Below, one piece after another: positions 61,090 to 64,000 of a stretch of 64,000 nt of DNA. Below the pieces are notes generated by a model that was not told the DNA's origin, ran no database searches, and was given only the letters and a program-made list of their open reading frames with translations. Each line of letters starts with the position of its first letter. Within the stretch, counting starts at the first letter, position 1. The translations under genes were made by a program, and so were the position numbers. The DNA comes from Chloroflexota bacterium. GTDB taxonomy: Bacteria > Chloroflexota > Dehalococcoidia > Lucifugimonadales > UBA3495. The stretch covers positions 21,979 through 85,978 of the forward strand of contig JAQBVF010000013.1 in assembly GCA_027623675.1 (NCBI GenBank), read 5' to 3'.

Positions 61090-62487
61090 TTGATACAAAC
61101 GAGCATCAATAGAAAGACCCTTTCCAAGCCGCAGATGGCCCTGTTTATCGCGGTTGGAGTCCTCGCGTTGGTCACGCAGGCGGCGGTCCTGCGGGTCTAT
61201 TTCACCAGCGGCAACGTAACCCGCTCGGTGGAGAACCGTAGTTTGAGCACCACCGGCCTGGCCAAGGTGCAGCGGGAAGCCCTGCTGCTGAATGTGGAGG
61301 CGGGCAAGGTCTTGCGCGACCCGAACTACTCCGGCGATGTGCTCGCATTTCACCGTGCGATGCTGGGGGACGAATTGCGGTTACAGGGCGCCAGGTTCAC
61401 CGATCCTGAGTTGAAGGCCCGCTTGGATGAGATCGCCCTTACGCTGGTCCGGTACGACGCGATGATGGCTGGCCGTTTGAATACCAGCGCGCCGGCTGAC
61501 GCGATTGAAACCGAGGGATTCGACGCAGTTCTAACCGACCTGAGGCAGCAGATCATCATGCTCTACGACGACGAAGAGCAAAGCTTCTATTGGGCGTTGA
61601 GCCAGAACCTGCGCTCCAACCAGAAATTGCATATCATCCTGATGGTCCTGAGCGGCCTGGTCATTCTAGGGGGAGGTCTCTTGGGCGCATCGCTGCGGCG
61701 GACCGTCTGGGCACTTCGCGACGAGATGAAGCAGAGGGACAAGGTCGAATGCGACCTGGCGGATGCCAACGAGCAGCTTGTGAGGTCTGAAAGATTGGTG
61801 GCCATTGGTAAATGGTCCGGAGGAGTGGCCCATGATCTGCGAAATCCTCTCGGGGCGATCAAGAATTCCGCCTACCTCCTCAAAAGGAAATTGTCCTCTG
61901 ATGGAGCGGTCGAGGCCAATCCGAAACTAGGTCAATACCTGGAGATCATCGAACAGCAGGTAAACCGGTCCACTAGCATAATCAGCGATCTTCTGACATT
62001 TTCCGGCGTTGCCGCTCCGGCGCTGGAGGAGTTGCAGGTGGACAAGGTCTTGGAAGATTCCCTGGAAACCATGGTCAAGAACGACCACATCGTGCTGCGG
62101 TCCAAGATTGCTCCAAACCTCCACTCTATCCGGGCGGATGCTGAGCAGCTGCAACGCGTTTTCTTGAACCTGGCGAACAATGCCCAAGAGGCGATGCCCG
62201 AAGGCGGCCGGTTGGACATCTCCATCGCGAACGCCGATGACCAAGTCGTGATCGCTTTCTCCGACACCGGGCAGGGCATCAGCGATGAGAACATCGGCAA
62301 GATATTCGACCCGTTGTTCACGACGAAAACTAAAGGCACCGGCCTGGGACTGGCCGTATGCCAGGAAATAATAATGCGGCACGGGGGGACGATTGGCGCT
62401 TGTAGAAACAGAGGTCCGTCAGGCGGGAGCGTATTTGAAGTCAGATTGCCTGACGCAGCAGGAACCCACAGGGATGCAGAGGACTGA
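61090..62487 (+). CDS. Membrane sensor histidine kinase (NtrB-like)
   Basis: Two TM segments; VAHDLRNPL, NLANNA, DTGQGI, FDPLFTTK..GTGLGL; start 61090 or 61135. Confidence 0.92.
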   Translation: MIQTSINRKTLSKPQMALFIAVGVLALVTQAAVLRVYFTSGNVTRSVENRSLSTTGLAKVQREALLLNVEAGKVLRDPNYSGDVLAFHRAMLGDELRLQGARFTDPELKARLDEIALTLVRYDAMMAGRLNTSAPADAIETEGFDAVLTDLRQQIIMLYDDEEQSFYWALSQNLRSNQKLHIILMVLSGLVILGGGLLGASLRRTVWALRDEMKQRDKVECDLADANEQLVRSERLVAIGKWSGGVAHDLRNPLGAIKNSAYLLKRKLSSDGAVEANPKLGQYLEIIEQQVNRSTSIISDLLTFSGVAAPALEELQVDKVLEDSLETMVKNDHIVLRSKIAPNLHSIRADAEQLQRVFLNLANNAQEAMPEGGRLDISIANADDQVVIAFSDTGQGISDENIGKIFDPLFTTKTKGTGLGLAVCQEIIMRHGGTIGACRNRGPSGGSVFEVRLPDAAGTHRDAED

Positions 62488-62491
62488 ATCG

Positions 62492-62866
62492 ATGACCCGT
62501 AAAGTGATGATCGTTGACGACAACACGGCTCTTCGCCAGACCCTTCAAGATATTCTGATTTATGAGGGGTATGAAGTTGACGCAGCCGCCGACGGGCACC
62601 AGGCGGTAGATATGGCTGCCAATGAATCGTACGGGTTGATCTTCATGGATATCCGCATGCCTGGCATGGACGGTATCGAGGCGCTTGGAAAGATCAAAGC
62701 GATTCGTCCAGATTCAGTCGTGGTAATGATCACGGGTTCCCCGACGGACGGTTCCCTCGAAGTTGCCTTGGCCAACGGCGCCAAGACCGCTCTGATCAAG
62801 CCATTCGCCGTTGAGTTGATGATTGAGATCTTAGAGGAGGTTTTGTCCGAAACGGCATCGGCTTAA
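62492..62866 (+). CDS. Single-domain response regulator
   Basis: VMIVDD, FMDIRMPGMDG, MITG, KPF. Confidence 0.9.
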   Translation: MTRKVMIVDDNTALRQTLQDILIYEGYEVDAAADGHQAVDMAANESYGLIFMDIRMPGMDGIEALGKIKAIRPDSVVVMITGSPTDGSLEVALANGAKTALIKPFAVELMIEILEEVLSETASA

Positions 62867-62890
62867 CCCGGTGTCAGGACTTTACAGATC

Positions 62891-63643
62891 ATGAACGACT
62901 CCAAACCTAAAATTTTGATCGTGGACGACGAGCCGGATTTTCTCACGACGATAACCGACATCTTAGAAGATTCGGGCTATGACGTTTGTGGCGTCGATCA
63001 CGGGTGCAAGGCGGTCGAAATGGCGTCGCGAGAGACCTTCGCCCTGGCGTTCATCGACCTCAATCTCCCCGATATGCACGGGGTTGAGGCCTACCGGCAG
63101 ATCAGAACCATCAGCCCTGAGACGGTCGTCATCATGATGACCGGCTATTCGGTTGAATCCTTGATCAAGCAGGCCATGGAATTGGGCGCCTACTCAGTCC
63201 TATACAAGCCTTTGAATGTCGAGGTCCTCTTAAACTCCGTCAAGGACATCTTGGATGCCCCCTGCGTCCTGGTGGTGGACGACGAACCGGCCATCCGGGA
63301 ATCCGTTAGGCTAATCTTTGAGGATCTGGGCTACCGCGTCGCCCTGGCCAGCGACGGCTATCAGGCGGTTAATCACGTAGAGTCAAACCACTATGATGTG
63401 ATCTTGATGGATGTGGCGATGCCCGGAATCGACGGCTTTGAGACCTGCCGTCGGATCGTGGAGCACGACCCATCCGCCAAGGTGGTCTTCATCACCGCTT
63501 ACAACGTGGACCAATGCGCTCAGCAAGCGATGACCGCAGGGGCGCTCACCCTGATGAGCAAACCGGTAGAGCCGGGCAACATGGTTGATCTGGTGAACTC
63601 GCTCGTGGGCTCTAGGACCAAGGCCGTGCTCTCATCCGGCTAA
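62891..63643 (+). CDS. Tandem dual-receiver response regulator
   Basis: ILIVDDE...IDLNLP...KP then VLVVDDE...MDVAMP...KP. Confidence 0.9.
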   Translation: MNDSKPKILIVDDEPDFLTTITDILEDSGYDVCGVDHGCKAVEMASRETFALAFIDLNLPDMHGVEAYRQIRTISPETVVIMMTGYSVESLIKQAMELGAYSVLYKPLNVEVLLNSVKDILDAPCVLVVDDEPAIRESVRLIFEDLGYRVALASDGYQAVNHVESNHYDVILMDVAMPGIDGFETCRRIVEHDPSAKVVFITAYNVDQCAQQAMTAGALTLMSKPVEPGNMVDLVNSLVGSRTKAVLSSG

Positions 63644-63676
63644 ACAGTCTCCTCGCAGGCGGTTGAGGTTATCGCG

Positions 63677-63726
63677 TCGGACTTTTAATCCGGGTGTCGT
63701 GGGTTCGACCCCCACACGGCCCACCA
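63677..63726 (+). other. 3' fragment of tRNA-Lys(TTT); att-like site
   Basis: cgga-ctTTTaa-tccg, T-arm gtgggTTCGAcccccac, acceptor 3' strand plus CCA; no 5' acceptor strand or D-arm upstream. Confidence 0.85.
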
Positions 63727-63743
63727 TATTTAGGCACAAAATT

Positions 63744-63771
63744 AGGCCCTCGAAGTAATCCGAGGGCCTTT
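63744..63771 (+). terminator. Hairpin after the tRNA fragment
   Basis: aggccctcg-aagtaatc-cgagggcct followed by tt. Confidence 0.7.
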
Positions 63772-63781
63772 GTTAATTGAA

Positions 63782-63803
63782 TTTGCCGACATTTTGCCGA
63801 CAT
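63782..63803 (+). repeat. 11-bp tandem repeat (candidate integrase arm-type sites)
   Basis: tttgccgacat twice. Confidence 0.75.
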
Positions 63804-63824
63804 GCTATTTCAGACGCGGTATTT

Positions 63825-63941
63825 TCAGGCTCGCCGCGCCCGCCCCATCGCTGAAGCGAAGTTCTTGGCAGCCTGCTCCTGGAGACCCGGTACAACGTGG
63901 CTATATGTGTCCATAGTTACGGCGAAAGAGGAATGCCCCAG
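63825..63941 (-). pseudogene. Tyrosine recombinase/integrase C-terminal remnant
   Basis: Minus-strand translation LGHSSFAVTMDTYSHVVPGLQEQAAKNFASAMGRARRA*; in-frame sequence upstream lacks the HxLRH box. Confidence 0.8.
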
Positions 63942-64000
63942 CACCGCCGGCGCTCCAGGCGGCCATGGCCCTTGTTCACCGTCTGATGATAGTCCCCCAA

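Larger units (their letters stand above)
57802..63676. mobile_element. Putative tRNA-anchored island or island relic
   Basis: Lies between an intact tRNA-Lys and a tRNA-Lys 3' fragment followed by an integrase remnant; small ORFs and a signalling cassette; no integrase inside the interval. Confidence 0.4.

Noticed and set aside
63650..63726. Complete second tRNA-Lys gene
   Set aside because: Upstream sequence cannot form the acceptor 5' strand or D-arm.

Overview
GC-rich bacterial chromosomal segment. It is most consistent with Chloroflexi (Dehalococcoidia/SAR202-like); this is inferred from the Chlor_Arch_YYY GT-C protein and the expanded LLM, PrpD, CitE and alpha/beta-hydrolase paralogues, not from a database search. 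Core genes: end of the nuo operon (nuoM, nuoN), eno, gap, a Trk/Ktr K+ cluster running into pheA, leuS, gyrA, an XdhC/MocA pair and tRNA-Lys(CTT). The region from about 21 to 48 kb is a dense catabolic paralogue region. The 3' end (57.8-64 kb) looks like a tRNA-anchored island with a multi-receiver signalling cassette, a tRNA-Lys(TTT) 3' fragment, arm-like repeats and an integrase remnant. Best leads: (1) a stand-alone, strongly structured ~355-nt transcription unit at 10.77-11.16 kb with a near-consensus promoter and terminator and no real gene (candidate new ncRNA); (2) three tandem CitE/malyl-CoA-lyase paralogues, one lacking the catalytic Arg (candidate heteromeric lyase), convergent with an acyl-CoA synthetase; (3) a ferritin-like/LLM/MBL/PrpD/M14-GH105 fusion/metal-ligand-less Fe-ADH gene run; (4) an att junction whose tRNA fragment does not match the neighbouring intact tRNA. 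All family calls are by eye from motifs.
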